12,512 nt of DNA from Promethearchaeota archaeon (GTDB taxonomy: Archaea > Asgardarchaeota > Lokiarchaeia > Sigyniarchaeales > SOKP01): the NCBI GenBank assembly GCA_016839745.1, contig JAEOTS010000160.1, positions 1 to 12,512 on the forward strand. Direction: 5' to 3'. Under the pieces are notes generated by a model, which saw only the letters and a list, made by a program, of their open reading frames with translations, searched no databases and had not been told where the DNA came from. Shown piece by piece: positions 1 through 7,754 of this stretch. Position numbers and translations under genes: made by a program. Within the stretch, counting starts at the first letter, position 1. Each line of letters starts with the position of its first letter.

Positions 1-180
1 ACTCTGATATTAAATAATGCTTGTATTAATAAATTATTAGTGTAAAAAAGAAGGAAAAGCATAACAATAAACTTCAAAAATTTACTAAATATATAAATAA
101 AAGTTTCTTCACTTCAGTATTAGAGAATTAACTAAGTTTCGAGATATACAATATTTGCTATTATTTGTGTGGTATATTAA

Positions 181-3045
181 ATGATTTCTGACGATCACAA
201 ACAAGAAAAGAATAAGACTCAATTTCAAACTTTTATGGAAATTGTCAACGATCTGGTAGTTATCGTCGATCAGAATGAAGACTTCCGTATTGACCTAATA
301 AATAAATGCCCATTGTTAGAAAAATTGGGTTATTCTGATATTGAATTAACCGGAAAACCATTCCTGCATATTATCTCTTCAGATGATGTTAAAAGAGCAA
401 CGAAATTTCTAAAAAAGGGAATAGAAACATTTGGGAGCTTCCAAGAATTAAAGCTCTCTTCAGCGAAAAACGAAATTATCTGGGCGGAAATTAAAGCTAA
501 GAAATTTGTTGACGAAAACAATTTTAGAAAAATTTTACTTATTCTAAAGGATATCTCAAAACAAAAGAAAATCGAAGTAAACCTAAAAGATGCTGATGAA
601 CGATTTAAAAAAATAACCGAAACGATCCCCGAAATTCGATTTTGGAAGCTGTTCAATCCAAAAAAATACGAAGAAGCTTTACAGAGCTCGTACGAAATGC
701 TTCAAATGGTAATGGAAAATATACCTCAATACATAATTTGGAAGGATATCGATTTAAGCTATTTGGGGTGCAATGATAACTATGCAAATTTAATTGGAAT
801 TGAACATCCTGAGAACATTATTGATAAAACGGACGAAGAATTGTTCTGGGATAAAAATCAAATAGATTATAATCGGAAACAAGAAATTAGAGTTATTGAA
901 TCAAATGAAGCTGTTTTTCATAGTGTTGAAACTTGGACTCTTAGAAATGGAGAAATCATTTGGATAGACGCAAATAGGATTCCTTTATTAAATTCTGATG
1001 GTAAAGTCGCAGGACTTCTAATAACATTTGAAGATATCACCGAAAGGAAGAAAGCTGAAGAAAATTTACGTATGCAACATGAAAGGCTTGAACGAATCAT
1101 GGAAACAAATCCCGCTGGAATTTTATCTGTAAATAGAAATGGTCAAATTATTTACGTAAATTCTCAAGCTGAGAAAGTTTTACATTTTCCGAAAGATGAA
1201 CTATTAAAAAGATCTTTTATAGCGACAAAATTTAACCTTTATGACTCAGAAGGCAACCTCATACCAAAAGACGAGCTTCCATTTCAGATTATTATGCAAA
1301 CGAAAAAACCTTTATTTGATTATCACGCATCCTTTAACTTAGCTAAAGATGCGCATATCCTACTTTCTATAAATGGTACTCCTCTTATTGGAAGCAACGG
1401 GAACATAGAGAATATAATTTTTACTGTAGAAGACATAACGGAAAAAGTCTTAACGGAACAAAAAATTAAGAATTCTGAGGAAAAATTGAGAGATTTATTA
1501 GAGACATCAACAATTGGAGTTTTAGAAATTGAATTAGAAAAAAATAGCATCTCCTATCTCAATCCTAAGTTATTAGAATTTATTGGATATCAAGATATTA
1601 GCATAGTTAATGAAAAATTATTAAATGAAATAATCCATCCAGATGATTTAAAGAAATTATTGAATTCACAAGAAGGAAAGGAAATAGAATTTAGAATCGT
1701 TACCAAACAGGGTAAAATAAAGTGGCTCCAAGGGAAGCGATTAAACCAACACGATGATAAAGGTAAAATAATTAGCTTTAGGTTATGGTTGGAAGATGTA
1801 ACTGAGAAAAAAATGTACGAAGAATTAATTTACGAACTCAATATTAACTTCCTCAACTATACAACGGATACTCAGCAAAATATAGAACTACTCCTAAAGA
1901 CTTGTCTAAAACTACTAAATGGTGAAGTTGTTCTTTATATTAATAAAAGTTTAATTGACGAGGAAGAACAATATAGAGTCATGTCGAATAAAGGAGAAGT
2001 GAAAATTTACAGTTCCGAACAATTTAAACGAGAATTATTTGTAAGCCAAGTATTTCACGAAAATCACGATTTTACTCAAGAGTTCTATGATATCGATAAA
2101 TCGGAGTATGCTAAAACAGATCATTACATTATGGAACATAAAATTAAAGCGTGCTATGGTAAATTAATATTATCAGGAAACGATTTAAACGATATGTTGT
2201 GTGTCTTGTTTACCGAAAATCCTACTATTTCAAACCAAAATAAGTTAGTTTTGTTCTTAATTTGCGATGCTCTCGAAATTGAACAAAGAAGATGGAGATC
2301 TCAACAACACTTAGAAGAACAAAATAGAATGCTCAGCGAGATTAACAAATTAAAAAGCGATCTTTTCTCAAGGACATCCCACGAATTAAAAACACCATTA
2401 ATATCTATCAAGGGATTCACAGAATTATTATTAAAACTGCATTCTGATAAGTTAGACGATGATGTAATCTCAATTTTAGAGGAGATTAAGAACGGGAGTA
2501 AGCGTCTTGAGGACTATATCAAATCGCTTGTAGAAAGTTCGCAATTAGAACAAGGATTGCTGAAATTAAAAAAAGAAAAAGAAAATCTTACATTTTTAAT
2601 TAACTTTTGTGTAAAACAATTGCAAGGAATTGCTAAATTGAGAGAACAGAAGATTAAAGTCAATATTAAAGAAAAAATATTCACGGAATTTGATAAAGAG
2701 AAAATTTACGAAGTCATAACAAACCTAATAATCAACGCGATAAAATACACCCCCGTAGGAGGACATATCACAATAGACTCCAAATGTAAAGACGGACATT
2801 ACATAATCTCAATAAAAGATACGGGAATCGGACTAACTCAGAAAGAGATTGCTTCACTTTTCACGCAATTTGGAAAAATTGAAAGATACGGACAAGGCTG
2901 GGATGTAGGCATCGAAGGGACAGGACTAGGATTGTACATTTCAAAAGAATTAATAGCTCTTCATGAAGGGAAAATATGGGTCGAGTCTGAAGGTCGAAAC
3001 AAAGGAAGCACTTTTTTCTTTTCCTTACCAATAATCGAAAATTAA
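181..3045 (+). CDS. Cytoplasmic multi-PAS (4 PAS plus GAF-like region) sensor histidine kinase
   Basis: Repeated PAS/PAC ends (DISKQK, DITERK, DITEK, DVTEKK). H-box SHELKTPL (His734), N-box NLIINAIKY, G1 IKDTGIGL, F-box LFTQF and G2 GTGLGL. No hydrophobic TM segment and no receiver domain. The GAF-like call for the region before the H-box rests on position and size only. Confidence 0.95.
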   Translation: MISDDHKQEKNKTQFQTFMEIVNDLVVIVDQNEDFRIDLINKCPLLEKLGYSDIELTGKPFLHIISSDDVKRATKFLKKGIETFGSFQELKLSSAKNEIIWAEIKAKKFVDENNFRKILLILKDISKQKKIEVNLKDADERFKKITETIPEIRFWKLFNPKKYEEALQSSYEMLQMVMENIPQYIIWKDIDLSYLGCNDNYANLIGIEHPENIIDKTDEELFWDKNQIDYNRKQEIRVIESNEAVFHSVETWTLRNGEIIWIDANRIPLLNSDGKVAGLLITFEDITERKKAEENLRMQHERLERIMETNPAGILSVNRNGQIIYVNSQAEKVLHFPKDELLKRSFIATKFNLYDSEGNLIPKDELPFQIIMQTKKPLFDYHASFNLAKDAHILLSINGTPLIGSNGNIENIIFTVEDITEKVLTEQKIKNSEEKLRDLLETSTIGVLEIELEKNSISYLNPKLLEFIGYQDISIVNEKLLNEIIHPDDLKKLLNSQEGKEIEFRIVTKQGKIKWLQGKRLNQHDDKGKIISFRLWLEDVTEKKMYEELIYELNINFLNYTTDTQQNIELLLKTCLKLLNGEVVLYINKSLIDEEEQYRVMSNKGEVKIYSSEQFKRELFVSQVFHENHDFTQEFYDIDKSEYAKTDHYIMEHKIKACYGKLILSGNDLNDMLCVLFTENPTISNQNKLVLFLICDALEIEQRRWRSQQHLEEQNRMLSEINKLKSDLFSRTSHELKTPLISIKGFTELLLKLHSDKLDDDVISILEEIKNGSKRLEDYIKSLVESSQLEQGLLKLKKEKENLTFLINFCVKQLQGIAKLREQKIKVNIKEKIFTEFDKEKIYEVITNLIINAIKYTPVGGHITIDSKCKDGHYIISIKDTGIGLTQKEIASLFTQFGKIERYGQGWDVGIEGTGLGLYISKELIALHEGKIWVESEGRNKGSTFFFSLPIIEN

Positions 3046-3059
3046 ATGATGGACTCCAC

Positions 3060-3066
3060 TTTTTTT
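3060..3066 (+). terminator. Possible archaeal oligo-T terminator after the kinase
   Basis: T7 run 15 nt after the kinase stop codon. T-runs are common in this AT-rich DNA, so support is weak. Confidence 0.35.
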
Positions 3067-3090
3067 AATAACTACCACTTTATTTCTTTA

Positions 3091-3100
3091 TTATATAAAA
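3091..3100 (+). promoter_or_regulatory. Candidate TATA box for the small ORF
   Basis: TTATATAAAA lies about 20-30 nt upstream of the TTG/GTG codons at 3116-3124, which is consistent with a leaderless or short-leader archaeal transcript. Confidence 0.35.
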
Positions 3101-3115
3101 CAAAATTAATTCTTT

Positions 3116-3349
3116 TTGTTGGTGTTACTCATTAATAACGACGAAAACGATGGGGGTTTCGAAACTTTAGATGTGGTAAGGAGATATTTTACCAGAATTT
3201 TCACGGTATTATCTAAGGATGTAAGAGAGCTGCTATCAAACTTAAATCTTTCAAAGGATGAAATAAAAGAAGTAAAAAAAGAACTCGCTTTTTTGTCAGA
3301 AGAAAAGCAAAAAGAATTTTTAAAAGAACTTGCTAAGGATAGTAAATAA
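3116..3349 (+). CDS. Small charged alpha-helical hypothetical protein (about 72-77 aa); start uncertain (TTG 3116/3119, GTG 3122 or ATT 3131)
   Basis: Open frame with purine-rich, coding-like codons and amphipathic periodicity (LSKDVRELL, LSKDEIKEVKKEL, LSEEKQKEFLKEL). There is no in-frame ATG. Confidence 0.7.
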   Translation: MLVLLINNDENDGGFETLDVVRRYFTRIFTVLSKDVRELLSNLNLSKDEIKEVKKELAFLSEEKQKEFLKELAKDSK

Positions 3350-3601
3350 GTAAATATATTTCTTCTAATCTCCTTTTATCAAAATTGTCGTATTCCTAAA
3401 CACTTTTTCCTTAAATATTATTTTCAGTTCTGTACTCTAATTTTGAAAATAGATTAAAGTGTAATTTGATATTTCTTTCTAAGTTCCTTATAAAAATATT
3501 CGATATATCAAATAGCTGATATTAGGAATTTGATTATTATTTATGCATAATAACTTTTTTTAAGAAAACTACCTTTACAAACTTAAGATTATCAATTGAG
3601 T

Positions 3602-3615
3602 TGTTTGATCAAACA
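3602..3615. promoter_or_regulatory. Perfect 14-bp palindrome TGTTTGATCAAACA; candidate operator of the hdr-flx operon
   Basis: Exact dyad symmetry ending about 74 nt upstream of the hdrC ATG. The regulatory function is inferred. Confidence 0.4.
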
Positions 3616-3688
3616 CATTTATGTGAAAACTTAATTTTTTCATTTTATTAGATCTAATTGAAAATGGAAGTTGGGATTTGAATTTACT

Positions 3689-4312
3689 ATGAGCGAAAAC
3701 GTAGAGAAATATATAAAAAGAAAGGTCTATAAGTCCACGAGTTCTGGGATAGCTCAAAAATTTGTTGATGCGGGTTTAGAGAAGCTTAGGGCTTGTATTA
3801 ATTGTGGAACATGTACAGGCTCTTGTCCATCGGGTAGGCGCACAGCATATAGGACGCGTTCAGTTCTTCGTCGAGCATTAACTGGTGATGAATCTGTTTT
3901 AGAAGATATCGATATTTGGCTTTGTAGTACCTGTTATACTTGCTATGAGCGATGTCCACGAGACATTCCAGTAACTGATATGATTATTAAGCTAAGAAAT
4001 ATAGCCGTTGAAGAAGGACATATTTTAGATTCTCATTTTGGATTAGCTAATAAAATATTTTACGAAACTGGACACGGAGTACCTGCCAACGGAGAAGCAA
4101 ATCAAAAATGGCGAGATTTAAGGGTATCCTATGGATTACCTCCATTACCTCCAACCGTACACATGCATCCCGAAGCTGTCAAAGAATGTCAAGAATTAAT
4201 GAAATCTGTTGGTTTTAGAGATTTGATGGATAATGTCGAAAAGATAAAGGAGAAAGAAAAAGCTGAGGCAGAAAAAGCTCAAGCTGAAAAAGACAAAGTA
4301 GAGGAAAATTAA
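3689..4312 (+). CDS. hdrC: Heterodisulfide reductase subunit C (2x[4Fe-4S])
   Basis: Motifs CINCGTCTGSCPSGRRTAYRTR and WLCSTCYTCYERCPR, plus TGH..P and PPT.H. Lies immediately upstream of hdrB. ATG 3689 is preferred over the track's TTG 3671. Confidence 0.95.
   Translation: MSENVEKYIKRKVYKSTSSGIAQKFVDAGLEKLRACINCGTCTGSCPSGRRTAYRTRSVLRRALTGDESVLEDIDIWLCSTCYTCYERCPRDIPVTDMIIKLRNIAVEEGHILDSHFGLANKIFYETGHGVPANGEANQKWRDLRVSYGLPPLPPTVHMHPEAVKECQELMKSVGFRDLMDNVEKIKEKEKAEAEKAQAEKDKVEEN
4256..4300 (+). repeat. Three imperfect 15-nt tandem repeats in the hdrC 3' tail
   Basis: GAAAAAGCTGAGGCA / GAAAAAGCTCAAGCT / GAAAAAGACAAAGTA, encoding EKAEA-EKAQA-EKDKV. Confidence 0.7.
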
Positions 4313-4318
4313 GGTGAT
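4312..4318 (+). promoter_or_regulatory. Shine-Dalgarno-like site for hdrB
   Basis: AGGTGAT lies 8 nt before ATG 4327. Analogous sites are AGGAGG 5276-5281 (hdrA), GGTGA 7745-7749 (flxC), AGGAG 8777-8781 (flxB) and AGGTGA 9824-9829 (flxA). Confidence 0.8.
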
Positions 4319-4326
4319 ATAAAATA

Positions 4327-5277
4327 ATGAGTGAAGAAAGTAAATGGAAATATGGGTTTTTTCTTGGCTGCGTAGCCCCTAATCGCTATCCCATGATTGA
4401 GTCGTCTATCAGGGCAGTATTTGATCACTTAGGTGCTGAAATTCTTGAATTGGAGGGAGCATCGTGTTGTCCTGCTCCAGGAGTTTTTCGAGCGTTTCAC
4501 ATTCCTACTTGGTTAGTTATTGCTGCTCGAAACATTACAATTGCAGAAAAATTAGGAGTTGATATTATAACGGGGTGTAATGGGTGTTATGGCACGCTTA
4601 GAGACGCGTGGTTTGAGTTAGAACACGAACCTGAATTAAAGAAAATGGTAAACGAACATCTCGCTAAAGTTGGCAGAGAATATAAAGGATCAATTGAACC
4701 TAAGCACATCGTTCAAGTCTTCTATCAAGATATGGGATTAGATTACTTACGAGGTTTTGTAAAACATAAATTTAAGGATTTGAAAGTTGCAGTACATTAT
4801 GGCTGTCATATTATCAAGCCAAGCGATAAAAGACCTTGGGGTGGAGAGTGCGAAGATCCAACATTTCTTGATGAACTTGTTGAGATTACAGGAGCTAAAA
4901 GCATTAATTATAAGGATAAGCTCCAATGTTGCGGAGCAGGTGGTGCAGTAAGAACTGCTGTAAAAGAAGTCTCAGCTGACTTTTCTCGAGAGAAATTAGA
5001 GAACATGAGAGATGCTGGCGCCGATATTATCATCGATTGTTGTCCATTTTGTCATTTACAGTTAGATTTAGGCCAAATGGAGGCCAATACTTATTATAAA
5101 GATATGATTGGAGAACTATATAAAATACCAGTTGTATACATCACACAATTGTTAGGATTATCATTTGGAATTGATCCAAATCTTTTAGGATTAGTAAAAA
5201 ATCACGAATTAACAGGTGTTTCTCCCTTCATACCTATAGAATCGTTTTTAGAAAAAGTTAAATCGCAATTAACTTAG
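4327..5277 (+). CDS. hdrB: Heterodisulfide reductase subunit B (two CCG domains, non-cubane [4Fe-4S])
   Basis: FFLGC..PNRYP, GASCCPAPG and CNGC in the first domain; HYGCH, CCGAGG and CPFCHLQ in the second. All ten non-cubane cluster cysteines are present. Confidence 0.96.
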   Translation: MSEESKWKYGFFLGCVAPNRYPMIESSIRAVFDHLGAEILELEGASCCPAPGVFRAFHIPTWLVIAARNITIAEKLGVDIITGCNGCYGTLRDAWFELEHEPELKKMVNEHLAKVGREYKGSIEPKHIVQVFYQDMGLDYLRGFVKHKFKDLKVAVHYGCHIIKPSDKRPWGGECEDPTFLDELVEITGAKSINYKDKLQCCGAGGAVRTAVKEVSADFSREKLENMRDAGADIIIDCCPFCHLQLDLGQMEANTYYKDMIGELYKIPVVYITQLLGLSFGIDPNLLGLVKNHELTGVSPFIPIESFLEKVKSQLT

Positions 5278-5290
5278 GAGGATTGCAAAA

Positions 5291-7291
5291 TTGACAGAAG
5301 CAGATAAAGAATTAAATATTACGGGGAACGAAAAACCCAAGATTGGAATTTATGTGTGTCATTGTGGTATTAATATTGGCGGAGTCGTTTCAGTTCCCGA
5401 TTTAGTGGAATATGCTAAAACTCTGCCAGATGTGAGTGTGGGTCGCGAATATAAATTCTTCTGTTCTGATGTTGGTCAGAAGATGATCAAGGAGGACATC
5501 GAAGCCGGTTTAGTAAATCGAGTTGTTGTTGCAGCCTGTTCACCACGAATGCACGAGCCTACTTTTAGGATTGCGTGCAAGGAAGCTGGATTAAACCAAT
5601 TCTTATTCGAGATGGCAAATATTCGAGAACATTCTACGTGGGTTCACATGAAAGAACCTGAAGGAGCCTATGAAGTAGCAAAAGATCACATAAGATTAGC
5701 AATCTCAAAAGCAAGAGAACTTGTACCCTTAGCAGTTCAAAAGGTTAAAGTTGAACCAACATGTTTAATAATAGGAGCTGGGATTACCGGAATGAACGCT
5801 GCTTTAGATCTGTCCTCAGCAGGATATAAGGTTTATTTAGTAGAGCGATCTGCTACTATAGGAGGTCATATGGCGCAACTTGATAAGACTTTTCCTACTA
5901 TGGATTGTTCTTCTTGTATTTTAACACCCAAAATGTCTGAAATAGCACGAGATAAAAATATTGAGCTGTTAACTTACTCTGAAGTTACAGAGGTGACTGG
6001 CTACGTAGGGAACTTTGAAGTTACCATTAAAAAGAAACCGCATTATGTGGACCAAGTGAAGTGCACCGGGTGTGGAAGTTGTATTGATTCGTGTCCTATT
6101 ACGGTTGCAAACGAATTCGATTTAGGATTATCTACGAGAAAAGCTATATACATTCCATTTCCTCAAGCTGTTCCCAGTCAATATACTATCGATATGGATA
6201 GTTGCGTTCAATGCGGAATTTGCGCAAGAGAAGATGTTTGTGAGCCTTTGGCTATAAATTACGATGATGAACCTGAATATATCAATATTAAAGCAGGTAC
6301 TATAATAGTAGCAACAGGATACGACGAATTCGATCCTTCAGAGCTTAAGCAATATGGCTATGGTAAGTACCCTAATGTTATTACTGGGCTTCAAATGGAG
6401 CGATTACTAAGTTCGTTTGGACCAGTTTTGGGAAAACCTGTAAAACCTTCAGATCTTAAGGATCCACACAGTATTGCTTTTCTACAATGTGTAGGCAGTA
6501 GAAATTTCCGAGAAGGAGGAAATACATATTGTTCTCGCGTGTGTTGTATGTATGCAACTAAGCAAGCAAGACAATACAAAGAGAAACATCCAGAGGCGGA
6601 TATTTATATCTTTTATATGGATATCAGGGCGTTTGGAAAAGGCTACGAAGAATTTTACGAATCCGCTGCCGAAAATTATGGTATCAATTATGTGAGAGGG
6701 AGAATCGCTGAAGTAAGAGAAAATCCTCTTAATCACAATATCATTATTCGTGCCGAAGATACGTTACTTCAACAACCAATAGAGGTTGAAGTAGAACTAT
6801 TTGTTCTTTCTACTGGTATAGAACCAAGAGCAGATTCTGATGAAATAACCAGTTTATTAAGAATTCAAAAATCAGCAGATGGATTTTTTTTGGAAGCGCA
6901 CCCTAAATTAAGACCTGTGGATACTTTAACCGAAGGAATTTTCATAGCAGGTGCAGCTCAAGGACCAAAAGATATTCCTGATTCCGTCGCTCAGGCCAAA
7001 GGAGCTGCTGCTAGCGCTATGGCGTTAATGGGAAAAGGAGAGGTCGAAATTGAACCGTTTTTCGCAGTAGTTCGCTCTGATCGATGTACTGGTTGTGGTA
7101 TGTGCATTGAAAACTGCGCTTATGGAGCGATTGAATTTGTTGATGATCGAATGTTCGGAACGGTAGCTTCAATTAATAATGCGCTCTGTAAAGGTTGCGG
7201 TGCTTGTTCTGGAAATTGTAGATGTGCTGCAATCGATATTATAGGATTTTCTTCCGAACAATTATATTCAATGATAACGAAGAGGGAATAA
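5291..7291 (+). CDS. hdrA: Heterodisulfide reductase subunit A (FAD, electron-bifurcating, multi-[4Fe-4S])
   Basis: YVCHCG.NI, FFCS, AACSP, NIRE, FAD loop IIGAGITG, GGHMAQLDKTFPTMDCSSCILTP, an inserted ferredoxin domain, QCVGSR...YCSRVCC, HPKLRP, GPKDIP and a C-terminal ferredoxin domain. TTG start with an AGGAGG site. Confidence 0.97.
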   Translation: MTEADKELNITGNEKPKIGIYVCHCGINIGGVVSVPDLVEYAKTLPDVSVGREYKFFCSDVGQKMIKEDIEAGLVNRVVVAACSPRMHEPTFRIACKEAGLNQFLFEMANIREHSTWVHMKEPEGAYEVAKDHIRLAISKARELVPLAVQKVKVEPTCLIIGAGITGMNAALDLSSAGYKVYLVERSATIGGHMAQLDKTFPTMDCSSCILTPKMSEIARDKNIELLTYSEVTEVTGYVGNFEVTIKKKPHYVDQVKCTGCGSCIDSCPITVANEFDLGLSTRKAIYIPFPQAVPSQYTIDMDSCVQCGICAREDVCEPLAINYDDEPEYINIKAGTIIVATGYDEFDPSELKQYGYGKYPNVITGLQMERLLSSFGPVLGKPVKPSDLKDPHSIAFLQCVGSRNFREGGNTYCSRVCCMYATKQARQYKEKHPEADIYIFYMDIRAFGKGYEEFYESAAENYGINYVRGRIAEVRENPLNHNIIIRAEDTLLQQPIEVEVELFVLSTGIEPRADSDEITSLLRIQKSADGFFLEAHPKLRPVDTLTEGIFIAGAAQGPKDIPDSVAQAKGAAASAMALMGKGEVEIEPFFAVVRSDRCTGCGMCIENCAYGAIEFVDDRMFGTVASINNALCKGCGACSGNCRCAAIDIIGFSSEQLYSMITKRE

Positions 7292-7293
7292 AA

Positions 7294-7749
7294 ATGACTG
7301 AACAAGTTGCAGAGAAAAAAAAGTCTGAAAGTAAAGAATGGGACCCGAAAATTATCGCGTTTCTATGTAATTGGTGTTCTTACGCCGGAGCCGACTTAGC
7401 GGGAGTAAGCAGAATTCAATATCCCCCAAACATTAGGATAGTGAGAGTTCCATGTTCAGGAAGGATTAACGCCTACTTCATAATTAAAAGTTTAACCGAT
7501 GGTTGGGACGGGGTCGTTATTTCTGGATGTCATCCCGGCGATTGCCACTATATTAGCGGTAATTTGGTTGCCCGAAGAAGGTTTGCGATATTAAAAGAGC
7601 TATTAGAATTCTTCGGGATAGAACCCGGAAGAGTTAACTTTATGTGGGCTTCTGCCGCAGAGGGCGAGAGATTTGCCGTGTTAATTCGAAAAGCGACCGA
7701 AATTGTAAAAAAACTCGGTCCAAACAAAAAATTTGAAAAAAAATGGTGA
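7294..7749 (+). CDS. flxD: MvhD-family [2Fe-2S] protein (FlxD)
   Basis: FLCNWCSYAGADLAG.SR.QY, RVPCSGR, GCHPGDCHY..GN and WASAAEG. The likely start is ATG 7294, just after the hdrA stop, rather than 7222. Confidence 0.93.
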   Translation: MTEQVAEKKKSESKEWDPKIIAFLCNWCSYAGADLAGVSRIQYPPNIRIVRVPCSGRINAYFIIKSLTDGWDGVVISGCHPGDCHYISGNLVARRRFAILKELLEFFGIEPGRVNFMWASAAEGERFAVLIRKATEIVKKLGPNKKFEKKW

Positions 7750-7754
7750 CGATC

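Noticed and set aside
3350-3540. Decayed minus-strand gene in the pyrimidine-rich spacer
   Set aside because: The frames I translated are interrupted by frequent stops and show no recognisable motif.
7222-7293. N-terminal extension of flxD, or an hdrA-mvhD fusion by frameshift
   Set aside because: It overlaps the conserved end of hdrA, ATG 7294 gives a normal MvhD length, and there is no slippery heptamer in the hdrA frame.
3689-7749. Evidence of methanogenesis
   Set aside because: HdrABC is widespread in non-methanogens, and no mcr or mtr genes are present in this window.
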